From IMG/VR virus record IMGVR_UViG_3300026488_000010: DNA of 64,000 nucleotides, one strand, 5' to 3'. Of this stretch, positions 9,263 to 19,122 are shown piece after piece (positions within the stretch are counted from its first letter, which is position 1; the number at the start of each line of letters is the position of its first letter). The stretch comes from a virus. The translations under genes and the position numbers were made by a program. The notes beneath the pieces were generated by a model. The model saw only the letters and a program-made list of their open reading frames with translations. It had not been told where the DNA came from and did no database searches.

Positions 9263-10188
9263 TTACCGTTTCGAACATTCTTCATATCACGCATGAACTC
9301 TTCAAAAAAATTACACTTATCTTGATCAGAATCATTTTCATAAAATTTATAAATCATATCATTTGATTTATAACTTTGATTAATTGTTGTTAATGCATTT
9401 TTACCTCTATCACCAATTATCTGCTTAAATGGTAAATTGATCGGAGATACACCCATAATCTTAATTAACAATCTAATGTTTGTTGTAAAAGGAGCATACA
9501 CTGCTACCCATACAGCATTAAAATATGGTACTTCAATAAAGTCATCTGCATCATGATTCTCATCTTGTTGAATAGGAGGCATTTTAATGAATCCTTTTTT
9601 CAAAGCATCTATATATTTGAACCAGGCTTCATGATATCTAAAGATATCATTATTATAATTCTCTAAAAAATTGATACTAAAATCACCAGCGAAGTGAACC
9701 TTAGATGCATAATTCAAGTTCCGATTCTTTCCAGATACTGATTCATATTCAATGTTTATTTGTGGTATGTCTATATCTGTTGCTAATTGGCCAAATTGTA
9801 GAAGCACACGTTTAAATCCTGTTTCTTTGAATGTGCTCAAATCACTGTTTTTATAAGTATATGAATCATCTAATTTTGCAATATCTTTATCTTCAATTTC
9901 CGATAATGTTTGTACCCATGGGCCAGACACCATATGAATATAATAGTAACCATTAATATGTGGCGACATTTCGCCATATTTTGTAGTTACCTGTTCATTC
10001 ATAAATTTTAAGATATCAGAATTTCTAAGGCCATCAACCTTAGAATCCATCATTTTGTTAATTAATTTTTTATGAGTATTGTTCTCTACTGTTTTTGCTT
10101 CTGGTGAATCAGGTAATTCAATGTCTGAAATATTTCCTGATTTTGATACTCTTAATTTTTGCTGGTCTGTAGACTCAATTGTTTTCAT
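9256..10188 (-). CDS. Tail-tube-fold protein (tube paralog / baseplate-tube junction)
   Basis: HINGYYYIHM...ATDIDIPQINIEYE...FSINFLENYNNDIFRYHEAW parallels motifs in the tube gene at 18333-19112. Confidence 0.55.
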   Translation of the reverse strand: MKTIESTDQQKLRVSKSGNISDIELPDSPEAKTVENNTHKKLINKMMDSKVDGLRNSDILKFMNEQVTTKYGEMSPHINGYYYIHMVSGPWVQTLSEIEDKDIAKLDDSYTYKNSDLSTFKETGFKRVLLQFGQLATDIDIPQINIEYESVSGKNRNLNYASKVHFAGDFSINFLENYNNDIFRYHEAWFKYIDALKKGFIKMPPIQQDENHDADDFIEVPYFNAVWVAVYAPFTTNIRLLIKIMGVSPINLPFKQIIGDRGKNALTTINQSYKSNDMIYKFYENDSDQDKCNFFEEFMRDMKNVRNGKI

Positions 10189-10197
10189 AAAATACCT

Positions 10198-11373
10198 TTA
10201 TTTTTCAAATTCTGCTTTACAAAATGCGCCCTTACCTCTTAAAGTGATAATAAGTAATAATACCTTTCTTAACTTTAATTTATTAGATGAACTACCGGTC
10301 TTCATAAGACCTTTATACATTCTCTCAAGCATTTTGTCAATATATGATTTTAAATTTTGTACTTTTGTATCAGTACCTTTTGATGATGTTATCTTAGAGA
10401 CTGTTTGAACAACATTTAATCCACACATTTTAGATTCTTCTGTTTTTGTGATACTAAATAACAATTCATATATATTTTTTAAATCTTCTTCATTTTTATA
10501 ATCATCCAAAAATGTTTTTACACCATCTAAAAATTTATCAGACACTGCAAATGGTTCAGCTTTGAGATATTTTCTATCTTTATCAGTAAGTTTTAATTGA
10601 TGATTAATTAAATTCTTTTGTAATTTATCAACTAAAGTCACAACTTTAGTTGCATCAATTTCTGATACCTCTCTACCGTTTCCCTCAGACCCTGCTGACA
10701 TAATTGAACGATTCCCATTATTATGTGCTTCATAATAATGATCTTTTACGCCTCTAAATATTTGATCCATTCTTCCCCAAGATTGCATTAATAATACAAC
10801 TAGTCCCATCGTAGGATGTGCTGGATCTTTTTCAATATATGAAAAATATTTATTATCTAATGTTGGTGCAAAATAGTTAGCAATAGCATTAAATGGATTT
10901 GGATGTTTTTTAAAAGTATGTGAACTTCTAAAAACTGATTGTATCAAATATTGAGCAATTTCTTCTTGACAACCATTTGGCATGTATTTATATTGTCTAC
11001 CATTAAAAACTTTAACATATATAAGGGCAACAGCAAACTGACGTAATACATCATCTTTTGATCGAACTCCAATATAATATACTAATGATAATGTTTGATA
11101 ATATAAAGAACTATACATTCTAGATTCTGGGTGAAATCCAATTTCTGCGAATGCTGCAATCATCTGTCTATCAGATATACCGAAGATTTTTAAAAGTTTT
11201 TTATCTATTCCATTTGGTGTACGTAAAGCGTTACAAAAACTAGAATGGCCCAATGAGTCATTATTTAGCTTTGATACTACTGCGATGAGAATCTTTTTGA
11301 TCTCATCATATAGATTTTTATTAGCAAGTATTTTATCTGCAACAAACTCTATCTCTTTCGGCATTTTATGCAT
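10198..11373 (-). CDS. Putative sigma-like promoter-specificity subunit of a phage non-virion RNA polymerase (AR9 gp226-like)
   Basis: The segment QYKYMPNGCQEEIAQYLIQSVFRSSHTFKK...GRMDQIFRGVKDHYYEAHNNG resembles my recollection of the gp226 family. The matching promoter motif occurs throughout the region. Not confirmed by search. Confidence 0.5.
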   Translation of the reverse strand: MHKMPKEIEFVADKILANKNLYDEIKKILIAVVSKLNNDSLGHSSFCNALRTPNGIDKKLLKIFGISDRQMIAAFAEIGFHPESRMYSSLYYQTLSLVYYIGVRSKDDVLRQFAVALIYVKVFNGRQYKYMPNGCQEEIAQYLIQSVFRSSHTFKKHPNPFNAIANYFAPTLDNKYFSYIEKDPAHPTMGLVVLLMQSWGRMDQIFRGVKDHYYEAHNNGNRSIMSAGSEGNGREVSEIDATKVVTLVDKLQKNLINHQLKLTDKDRKYLKAEPFAVSDKFLDGVKTFLDDYKNEEDLKNIYELLFSITKTEESKMCGLNVVQTVSKITSSKGTDTKVQNLKSYIDKMLERMYKGLMKTGSSSNKLKLRKVLLLIITLRGKGAFCKAEFEK

Positions 11374-11397
11374 ATTAGATTCCTTATCCTCTTTAGT

Positions 11398-12162
11398 TTA
11401 TACGAGGGCTCTAGAGATCCCCGCAAATTTATCACAACCTGATTCTTTTAACCCTGTTGATTCTTCAAATAGTTTTGGTGCAACCATTGAAACCATTGCA
11501 ATAACTGATTCTTGAATTTCATCTTTAAGTACTTGAGCATTTTTAGTAAACACATCAAAATATTCAGCATCTTGTTGATTGATGAATGCATCAGTTCTTT
11601 CTTCAAGTACTTCTGGAAGAATAATATGTTTACAATTTTGAACTAAAGTGTTCTCAAATAGTGCATATTTTAAAAATAGTTCCGTATCAACTTCAGATGT
11701 AACACCAGCAGCGATTGCAGCTTCAGTTAATAGACGAGCTTCTGATTTATAAACTTCTAAAAGTGTTCCCTCAAATAATGGCAGGGCAAAATCTTTATTA
11801 ACAGCGTCTGTAAAATTCTTAGAATAAATTTCAGAAATTGTAGACTCAGTTAGTTCTTGAGTATCAACTGCTTGTGAACAAGTACGAGGTTTCATATTAA
11901 CTTCTTTAAATATTCCCATAGTCGATTCAAGTAATAGACCAAGCTTTTCAAAATATGCTTCTTTCTCTGATTCTTCTAATACTGAAGTTAATCCAGCGAA
12001 AAATCTACCATCATTTTCTAATTTTGCTTCAAGTTTATCAGCATTAAATACATCTGCACCAATTGTTGGTTGATTATATTTTGTAGACTCTTCTAAAAGG
12101 TCAAGACTCTTTCTACCTGCATTAGCAGCTTCGAACATAAATTGATTAGTTCCTAAATTCAT
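11398..12162 (-). CDS. Probable internal head protein with prohead-protease sites
   Basis: 254 aa, many hydrophobic-x-E sites (MFE, LLEE, VLEE, LLES, LFEG, LFEN, LFEE); preceded by the late motif. Confidence 0.5.
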   Translation of the reverse strand: MNLGTNQFMFEAANAGRKSLDLLEESTKYNQPTIGADVFNADKLEAKLENDGRFFAGLTSVLEESEKEAYFEKLGLLLESTMGIFKEVNMKPRTCSQAVDTQELTESTISEIYSKNFTDAVNKDFALPLFEGTLLEVYKSEARLLTEAAIAAGVTSEVDTELFLKYALFENTLVQNCKHIILPEVLEERTDAFINQQDAEYFDVFTKNAQVLKDEIQESVIAMVSMVAPKLFEESTGLKESGCDKFAGISRALV

Positions 12163-12175
12163 TATACTTTCCTTC

Positions 12176-12198
12176 GGTAGCTAAGCTACCAATTTGTT
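12176..12198 (-). promoter_or_regulatory. Late-promoter-like motif AACA-aattgg-TA overlapping a short hairpin
   Basis: Motif at 12187-12198; hairpin ggtagc-taa-gctacc at 12176-12190. Confidence 0.55.
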
Positions 12199-12227
12199 TT
12201 AATTTTATCGATCAGATTGACCGTTAT

Positions 12228-15023
12228 TTAATAAGGTTTTTTATAACCATTATTTCTATCATTTCTATCATTACCTCTATAACCATTTCTACCATTTCTA
12301 TCATTTCTATCATTTCGATAATTTGGTTTACTATGCTTATGTTTATTGTATTTGCTATCTTTAGATTCATTATCTTTTTGATTATTATACACTTTTTTAT
12401 CTTTATCATTTTTATCATTTTTATTGCGTTGTTCTACTTGAGGTTGATATGATGATGTACCATATTGTTGGGTTCTTAGAATTTCTTCATCCCCGCCAAG
12501 TTTTTTAAAATTATCATCATATTCTTTCACTTTGCTTGCATGTGCTTTTAATGATATATTCATAGCAGATTTTACTTTTTTCAAATCATCTTCTGCTTTT
12601 CGTTTATCTTCATAAGATGTTTTCTTATTCTTGATTGTATTTTCAAGAACCTTAATTGCAGTTCTATGATTTTTCAGATTCTGTTCGATTGCTACAAATA
12701 ATTTTCTATAATCATTATTATTAACTTTAATTGCGTCTCTAGTAGCTTGTTTAAACATTTGATTATTGTTCCATAAGTCGCGACCATAATCAATTTCACA
12801 TATATTTTTTAGAGCTGACATTTCAATTTTGCTAAAAATTGATGTTCCAGTTAATGATAAAAAATCTGGTTGAGATAATATAACAGATCCATTACTAACT
12901 ATAAATACTGGATTGTTTTCCAATCCTAATCTTTTGATAATGTATTTAATTTTATTTAAATCATTACCAATCTTAGATGGAGGATAAGCAATTAGTCCAG
13001 CAATATATTTTTGAGTATCAACATGATTTAACATATCATATAAGTTTGTCATCACTTCTTCTGATAAAATATAAGTTTTAAAATTATCATTATTTGTAAC
13101 AGTTTTTCTAATAATAGGATTCTTTTCTGTTCTAAGGTTTGCATATTGTTGAGATTTAATTAATGATTCATCACCAAAATCTCTACCAAAGCGTTTGAAC
13201 ATTAAAAATAATTGATTATCAATTACTAATTTAATTTCTGTTTCGATTTTTCTACGATTAGCTGAGAACCATTCGGGTACATCAGAACTATAATCAATTG
13301 CATCTGATCCGAATGTATTATTCGTTGCATCTATTTTAGATAAAATAGTGTCTTGTAATGAATCATATATTTGTGCAAGTAATTGATCACTTGCAATCGT
13401 TAACATCTGATTTTGTCTAAATAAATCTTGTAATTCAGAAATTGTAAAATTTCTTTTATTGCCAACAATATCAAAAATGTTTTGTAACTTTTTAGGATCA
13501 TATAATGATGATTCTATATCAAATAATACTCCTGTTAACTCATTTTGAATACCTTCAATATTATAAGTTAAATTAGTAGTTAATGCTTCATTTTCGATGC
13601 GTTTTTTATCAGCAGCTTGTTGAGATACATCAGAAAACATCATCATTTGTCTCGCCTGATTTAACCCTTGTTGTAGCGTATTTTTATCAGCAGTTAATCT
13701 ATCAACTTCTGCACGAGCATCTGGTGTTGCTCCTTCAGAGTTATTAATAATTCGATTAATTTCCATATCTTTAGAAGCAATCTCTAAAGAATAATACTCA
13801 ACTGATTCAGCAGGGCTAACTGAATCTTTTTTCGCCTGTTTTCGTCTACCCATTACTTTATTTTCATAACCATCTTGCATGTTATTTAACTTTTGAACCA
13901 AGTTTACAACAAATGCTTCAAAATATTCATTACGAAGACGTTCAATCATTTTATCATAATTAACATCAATATCAACATCTTGATTATTTGAATCTTTAAG
14001 TTTTACAACTGAATCAGATATAGCTGAATCAACATCTTTCATTATATCAGTACTCTTATTAAAGTTAATTAATGAATCAACCATTGATAATATTTTATTA
14101 TAATTTTGGGTCTTTTGTGCCATGTACTGTCTCTCAACTGTACTTGATACATCATCAACTGAATTAATTCCGTTTCTACCAACATGTGAAAATTTATTAT
14201 TTATGTGTTGATCGTCGAAGAAGTCTGCAATATCTAAATGTTTAATTTCATTTAAAAGAAAATTAATATCTTTGATTTCACCGTTCTTTCTATCTCCACC
14301 AAATAATTTAAAAAACTTTGATGATACTGATTGATTCAATGCTTTATTTTGAGTTACAAATGATTGCAATCCATTATACTTTGTATCACCATTCTTCTTT
14401 TTAAGACCAGCAATCTTAATAAGTTTTATCATTGCTGATATAGGATCAGTATTATTTGATTTACTAAATTCTATAAATTTAGCAATATCGCTTCTAATTG
14501 TAAATGAATCATTATTTCCAATTTGTGATAATGGTACTCTAGGGTATAGCATATCTTTAATAAATAAAAACGTTAAAGATAACGTATCATCATATTTGAT
14601 TTCATCTAACATCTGCTGCTGAACTAAATCATTTGCTAATAAAATAAAATCATAATCATGTGAATTGTTTTTATTTTGGTGCTCAATGTAAATTGGATAT
14701 GTTACTTTATCTTTATAGAATGGATTACCTGCGATTGTCTTTGAAAAATTCTGCAAAGATTTAAATGCTCGTTTCATAGTTAAGCTTTTATCTTTTACGT
14801 CTGGGTTTGTTCTAGCAGGTAGATTATCAATTCTATTTGATTTAAAATATTTTAGTATAACATCTGGTGTGATATATTTTTCTAGATCTGATTGAGTGCT
14901 TTTCATCTGTGTATTCATTGTAATTAAATCAGCAAATGATTTAATACTATATGTATCAATACAGTGTCTATTAGATTGTGACATATCAATTAGTGGAAAG
15001 CTTCCAAAACTAATTTTTTTCAT
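12228..15023 (-). CDS. Large hypothetical virion-associated protein with a low-complexity N/D/R/K tail
   Basis: 931 aa, helical/coiled-coil; the C-terminus RNDRNDRNGRNGYRGNDRNDRNNGY is encoded by 9-bp tandem repeats. Confidence 0.55.
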   Translation of the reverse strand: MKKISFGSFPLIDMSQSNRHCIDTYSIKSFADLITMNTQMKSTQSDLEKYITPDVILKYFKSNRIDNLPARTNPDVKDKSLTMKRAFKSLQNFSKTIAGNPFYKDKVTYPIYIEHQNKNNSHDYDFILLANDLVQQQMLDEIKYDDTLSLTFLFIKDMLYPRVPLSQIGNNDSFTIRSDIAKFIEFSKSNNTDPISAMIKLIKIAGLKKKNGDTKYNGLQSFVTQNKALNQSVSSKFFKLFGGDRKNGEIKDINFLLNEIKHLDIADFFDDQHINNKFSHVGRNGINSVDDVSSTVERQYMAQKTQNYNKILSMVDSLINFNKSTDIMKDVDSAISDSVVKLKDSNNQDVDIDVNYDKMIERLRNEYFEAFVVNLVQKLNNMQDGYENKVMGRRKQAKKDSVSPAESVEYYSLEIASKDMEINRIINNSEGATPDARAEVDRLTADKNTLQQGLNQARQMMMFSDVSQQAADKKRIENEALTTNLTYNIEGIQNELTGVLFDIESSLYDPKKLQNIFDIVGNKRNFTISELQDLFRQNQMLTIASDQLLAQIYDSLQDTILSKIDATNNTFGSDAIDYSSDVPEWFSANRRKIETEIKLVIDNQLFLMFKRFGRDFGDESLIKSQQYANLRTEKNPIIRKTVTNNDNFKTYILSEEVMTNLYDMLNHVDTQKYIAGLIAYPPSKIGNDLNKIKYIIKRLGLENNPVFIVSNGSVILSQPDFLSLTGTSIFSKIEMSALKNICEIDYGRDLWNNNQMFKQATRDAIKVNNNDYRKLFVAIEQNLKNHRTAIKVLENTIKNKKTSYEDKRKAEDDLKKVKSAMNISLKAHASKVKEYDDNFKKLGGDEEILRTQQYGTSSYQPQVEQRNKNDKNDKDKKVYNNQKDNESKDSKYNKHKHSKPNYRNDRNDRNGRNGYRGNDRNDRNNGYKKPY

Positions 15024-15055
15024 TAATTCTCCTTAGTTATATTTTATTGCATTTT

Positions 15056-15748
15056 TCATATCTTATTGCATGTACTATTGAATTCACAGTACATGCAATG
15101 CTTAAGATTTGGCTGCAATAATTCTAATTTTTTTGTTGGTTTTATATCTCTTATCAATTGTTGGATATTTAATAGTTGAATATACTTAATATCAAGATCA
15201 ATATTATTTAAAATAAAATCTATAATATTATCATATGCTTCAGGTATAAACACTGTTGAATCTTTATGATATAAGGTTCCTTCTAATATGTGTGATGATA
15301 TTTCCATATCACCTTGAATAGATACATTCAATTTAAACGATGCAATGTTATAATTACATTTCTTTAAATAATCCAATAAGTTATGAATTGATGATAAACT
15401 ATTCACTCTATGAATTTGTTCTAGTTCAGTACTAAAATGATTCAAATATTTTTTATCTAATTTTACAAGATTAGAATTATGTTTAATATATAAATTACAC
15501 ATCGGGTAAAATTCCAATATTGTAAAATTGTTTGTTATTTCTGATACTTCTAACGTGTCAAGATTTATAACACTTTTTGAAGTAGGATTAGGAACATCAG
15601 AAACTTTTTTGAGTGTTTCTGATGTTTCTGATGTTTCTGATGTTTCTGATAGTTGCTCAGAAACTGATATATCAACAACAGGTGCTTTAGCAACAACTTC
15701 TAAATTATTAACTGTTTTTTTTGGCTTAATCTGTTGCAATATATTCAT
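15056..15748 (-). CDS. Hypothetical protein with (SET)4 repeat and C-terminal PxxxxCxxCxFxxxC motif
   Basis: Tandem tgtttctga x4 at 15614-15649. The C-terminal Cys pattern resembles the Cas4/AddB-type Fe-S staple. Confidence 0.55.
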   Translation of the reverse strand: MNILQQIKPKKTVNNLEVVAKAPVVDISVSEQLSETSETSETSETLKKVSDVPNPTSKSVINLDTLEVSEITNNFTILEFYPMCNLYIKHNSNLVKLDKKYLNHFSTELEQIHRVNSLSSIHNLLDYLKKCNYNIASFKLNVSIQGDMEISSHILEGTLYHKDSTVFIPEAYDNIIDFILNNIDLDIKYIQLLNIQQLIRDIKPTKKLELLQPNLKHCMYCEFNSTCNKI

Positions 15749-15756
15749 TGTACTTC

Positions 15757-16029
15757 CTATTTTGGTTTATTATCAGGCGTATTTTTAGGAGCTTTTGCAG
15801 GCTTAGCTGCATTCGGAATAGTTCCTTGTTTCTTAGTCCATGCTACTTTTGCACGAGGACCATACTTTCTAAGAATTGCTTCTTTTGCCGCTAAGAATAA
15901 TTTTTTAAATCTTGCAGCTTTCTTTTGTTGAATATCATCTGCATCTTTTGCTAATTTCATCGCGATAACTGCAACAGCTGCATTCTTTTTAGCTTCTCTA
16001 GATCTTCGAACCATTGATGTTTGTGTCAT
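15757..16029 (-). CDS. Small basic K/A-rich protein, possibly DNA-binding or an internal protein
   Basis: 90 aa, strongly basic, AAGGAAG RBS. Confidence 0.55.
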   Translation of the reverse strand: MTQTSMVRRSREAKKNAAVAVIAMKLAKDADDIQQKKAARFKKLFLAAKEAILRKYGPRAKVAWTKKQGTIPNAAKPAKAPKNTPDNKPK

Positions 16030-16231
16030 GTGTTCTTCCTTTATAAATTTTTGATTTAATTTTTGTACGTGTCATAAATTCTTTAATGATTGAATATAAA
16101 TATTGATCGTAAAAATCAATTATGCATTCATTAAATTTGCATTCAAACATCATATCTAATTCTTGAATATGATGTTTAATAATTGCACAGTCCTGATCAT
16201 TTTGTATAATGATCGATTTAAAGACTTTCAT
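15998..16231 (-). CDS. Hypothetical protein
   Basis: 77 aa, abuts the stop of the upstream gene and fills the gap. Confidence 0.45.
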   Translation of the reverse strand: MKVFKSIIIQNDQDCAIIKHHIQELDMMFECKFNECIIDFYDQYLYSIIKEFMTRTKIKSKIYKGRTHDTNINGSKI

Positions 16232-17620
16232 TTAATTTACTTTATCAGATGTCCCGAATAAATTTCTTTTAAGATTTCTATCTGGAATTTTGTTATGTTT
16301 AAAATCTTTTCGTCTGAAGTCATCATGTGATTCAAATGCTGTTTCGATTCGTTTCTGATTTTTAGATAAATAATCTTCTATCTCATTATCTACTTGTGAT
16401 AATCGTTGAGTAAGATATATACTTGCTTCTCTATCAACATCAAATGTGCCTTTTTTAAGATCAGCTGCCATTTCATCCAAAAATAATCTAAACTTCATTA
16501 ACGTTATAATATTTTCTTTATTGATTTGATCTGACTCAGTATCAGTATGTATAAATGTTAATAGTTGTTCAGGATTCGTATGAAACCCTTTTTTCATAAC
16601 TCTAATGATTTTTTTATATTCTTTTGATTGACTGATATTTGCAATCATTAAAAATTTGTACATATCTACTAATTTCTCAGATAAACATCTACGATATTTA
16701 ATTAATGTTCCAAATTCCTCATCTGATTTAGATGCTGATTTTTTGAATAATGATTCAACGAATACTGTAAATACTGAATTATTTTTAGGAGAATATTGAC
16801 CTCTAAAATAACCTGCCTGTGAAGGATCTATATCACCAGCTTCTAACGCATTATTATTTTCTAAACAATTAGCAACGATTGTATTGATGCCATCAATTGG
16901 TGCTTTCTTATTATTTGATCTAGCTAATGTATTAAATAGTTTTCTAACATCTGGATTAACGTCAATGTTATCAAAATTTAAAATATTGTTATTACTTGCA
17001 GCCAATGATGTATTACCCATCGATAATAGTGATTTGGTTCCAAACACTGCTGTACCTAATAATCCTAACGATTTTTCAAAGAACATATCAGATGCTCTTG
17101 CGTATCTACTTGGAAATAATAAATTCATTCCAAGAAAAGTTATACCAGCGAATGCTGTTGCAGGTAAAGCTCCAAACATTGCGCCAACACCCAATGTTGC
17201 ACCAATTCCAGCTAAGCTGAATTCCTCAATAATATCAACATTATTATCATTATTAGCATTATCACCTTTATATCTTACACCAAATTGCTCTTGTGTGTTC
17301 TCTAGAATAATTTGCTGAGAAAAAGATAATTCATTATCTGTTGATTCAAATATTAAATGATCATAGGTGCTAGTATAAATATCACTAAGCACTTCATTTT
17401 CAATAAATGATTTAATAACTTTATTCTTTTCATATGTTGATGATTCTTGAAAGAATAACTTAGAGTATTGTGACTCCATAAACTCGCTATAATGTGTTTG
17501 TACTTGTTCAGCGATAGAAACATCGCTGAAGATAGTTTCTGTTGATTCTTCTATCTTATTACTCATTTTAACGTATAGGTCGTTAAACAGTTCTTCTGAT
17601 TCTGATTTTGTAATTTTCAT
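16232..17620 (-). CDS. Probable head-associated protein with a processed N-terminal region
   Basis: N-terminal ~130 aa dense in hydrophobic-x-E sites (IEES, FMES, FQES, IFES, ILEN, IIEE), followed by a Gly/Ala-rich hydrophobic segment. Confidence 0.5.
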   Translation of the reverse strand: MKITKSESEELFNDLYVKMSNKIEESTETIFSDVSIAEQVQTHYSEFMESQYSKLFFQESSTYEKNKVIKSFIENEVLSDIYTSTYDHLIFESTDNELSFSQQIILENTQEQFGVRYKGDNANNDNNVDIIEEFSLAGIGATLGVGAMFGALPATAFAGITFLGMNLLFPSRYARASDMFFEKSLGLLGTAVFGTKSLLSMGNTSLAASNNNILNFDNIDVNPDVRKLFNTLARSNNKKAPIDGINTIVANCLENNNALEAGDIDPSQAGYFRGQYSPKNNSVFTVFVESLFKKSASKSDEEFGTLIKYRRCLSEKLVDMYKFLMIANISQSKEYKKIIRVMKKGFHTNPEQLLTFIHTDTESDQINKENIITLMKFRLFLDEMAADLKKGTFDVDREASIYLTQRLSQVDNEIEDYLSKNQKRIETAFESHDDFRRKDFKHNKIPDRNLKRNLFGTSDKVN

Positions 17621-18157
17621 TTAATACCCTTCTAATTTTAATTGTTCTTTAACAGAATCTAACAATACAGGACTACTTCCTGGGGACTGTGTCTGTGTAT
17701 TTATTAGTTCATGCATTTGACCCATAAGTTTTTCATATGAATCTTCATTTTTATTATCTTCTTTCTTAGCATTCGTTAATTTAACGTGTGCATTGATTTT
17801 ATGATTTTCTATATCAATTGTCATCTTAATATATTTTTGTATCATATCTTCATATTTGATTAACATCTCTTGTACTTGAGCTAATGTTTCAAATTGTGTT
17901 AAAATGTGTGAGGAATGGATTCCTGCTAATTTAAAATTCTTCTCAGCTGTATAATGTTCAACTGATTCATTACTTCGAACAATCATATCATCTATAATTT
18001 TTTCTTTAGTTTTTAATGAAGTTATTTTAATCTCTGCAGCTTTAATTTTATCAGATATATAATTTAATTGTTTATTTAAATTAAAACCATAGTTGATAAT
18101 ATTAAATTCTGAATCGCTTGTGATAGTTTCATGATCTACTACTTTTCCTGTTGCCAT
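17621..18157 (-). CDS. Coiled-coil hypothetical protein (start reassigned)
   Basis: The ORF track starts at 18421, but the ATG at 18157 has an AAGGAG RBS and a promoter motif. The track's extension overlaps the tube gene and a repeat element. 178 aa. Confidence 0.6.
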   Translation of the reverse strand: MATGKVVDHETITSDSEFNIINYGFNLNKQLNYISDKIKAAEIKITSLKTKEKIIDDMIVRSNESVEHYTAEKNFKLAGIHSSHILTQFETLAQVQEMLIKYEDMIQKYIKMTIDIENHKINAHVKLTNAKKEDNKNEDSYEKLMGQMHELINTQTQSPGSSPVLLDSVKEQLKLEGY

Positions 18158-18168
18158 AATAATCTCCT

Positions 18169-18180
18169 TGAATATTTGTT
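18169..18180 (-). promoter_or_regulatory. Late-promoter-like motif (AACA-aatatt-CA variant)
   Basis: 12 nt upstream of the ATG at 18157. Confidence 0.45.
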
Positions 18181-18198
18181 CTCTGTATAATAATTTGA

Positions 18199-18257
18199 CT
18201 ATTTCTATACTAACTATCTTTATCGATAAAGATCGTTTTGAGTTAACATAGAAATAG
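18199..18257. repeat. Palindromic repeat element (A-B'-A inverted)
   Basis: ctatttctatactaact-atctttatcgataaagat-cgtttt-gagttaacatagaaatag; nearly the same element as 44545-44607. Confidence 0.85.
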
Positions 18258-18332
18258 TATGATTTTATTGATTTTTGATTTTGCGAACAAGAATATCTAA
18301 GAGCAATTGCTCTTAGATATTTATTTTTCCAT

Positions 18333-19112
18333 TTATACTGGAATTGATGTTGTAGATGTTGCGAAATTGTCATATAACGTTTCAACATTTTTAAATGTAT
18401 TTGCTCCGTTAAGAATAACAACTGCTTTATCCATTACTTGTTGGTTAGTCTCATCAAGAGGGAAACCGTCAAATTTATATTGAACTGTTGGTTTAACAAA
18501 AGAGTTATCTGTAATGTTCGCATCATATGCTGACTTGAGGTCAGTTGTTGGTTGAACACCATCAAAGTAATCGATTTTGATAATATCATCAGGACTCCAT
18601 TCTCTATTAGCATCACCTACTTGTCGTACAACTGGTTTTGTTTGGATAACCATACAAGCACCTTTGTATTCAGAAGCTGAGAATTTATCAGCCATAGTAG
18701 ATCCACCTAAGAATGGATTGATATAGTTTGTCCACTGACGATGAACTCTAAAAATAGGAGCTCCCCAATAATCTTTGTATTGAATACTAAATTCTCTAGA
18801 GATTGTTTGACCAGTGATAAATGATGCATCAACACCACCTTGACCTTGTACATCTTGTAAATTGATCTGACGATCACCTGGTGGAGTATAAGACTCCGCT
18901 GAAACTAAAAGAAAATCTTTAGCTTGTGTTCTAGTGATATTTGAATTAACGTCACTAAAAATTGTAGACGGTACACCAAAGAATACATAGAAGTAACCTT
19001 TTACGAACGGGTGATCACCTTCAATTCTTGAAGATCCGCCTACATATCTAGAGGCATCGACTCCCGTCCCTACCCCTTTATTTTTTAAACTTATTTTATC
19101 CATAAATGCCAT
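18333..19112 (-). CDS. Tail tube protein
   Basis: 259 aa directly downstream of the sheath gene; tube-like pattern (AESYTPP...TISREFSIQYKDYWGAPIFRVHRQW...KPTVQYKFDG). Confidence 0.75.
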   Translation of the reverse strand: MAFMDKISLKNKGVGTGVDASRYVGGSSRIEGDHPFVKGYFYVFFGVPSTIFSDVNSNITRTQAKDFLLVSAESYTPPGDRQINLQDVQGQGGVDASFITGQTISREFSIQYKDYWGAPIFRVHRQWTNYINPFLGGSTMADKFSASEYKGACMVIQTKPVVRQVGDANREWSPDDIIKIDYFDGVQPTTDLKSAYDANITDNSFVKPTVQYKFDGFPLDETNQQVMDKAVVILNGANTFKNVETLYDNFATSTTSIPV

Positions 19113-19122
19113 TTAGTTCTCC

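Noticed and set aside
12224-12418. Alternative-frame minus ORFs nested in real genes (also 18434..18616, 21460..21657, 29136..29408, 30018..30281, 42269..42514)
   Set aside because: They are fully nested out of frame in well-supported CDSs; the low-complexity translations arise from repeats.
18158-18421. N-terminal 88 codons of ORF-track entry 17621..18421
   Set aside because: It overlaps the tube gene end, a repeat element and a promoter motif; the ATG at 18157 has a strong RBS.
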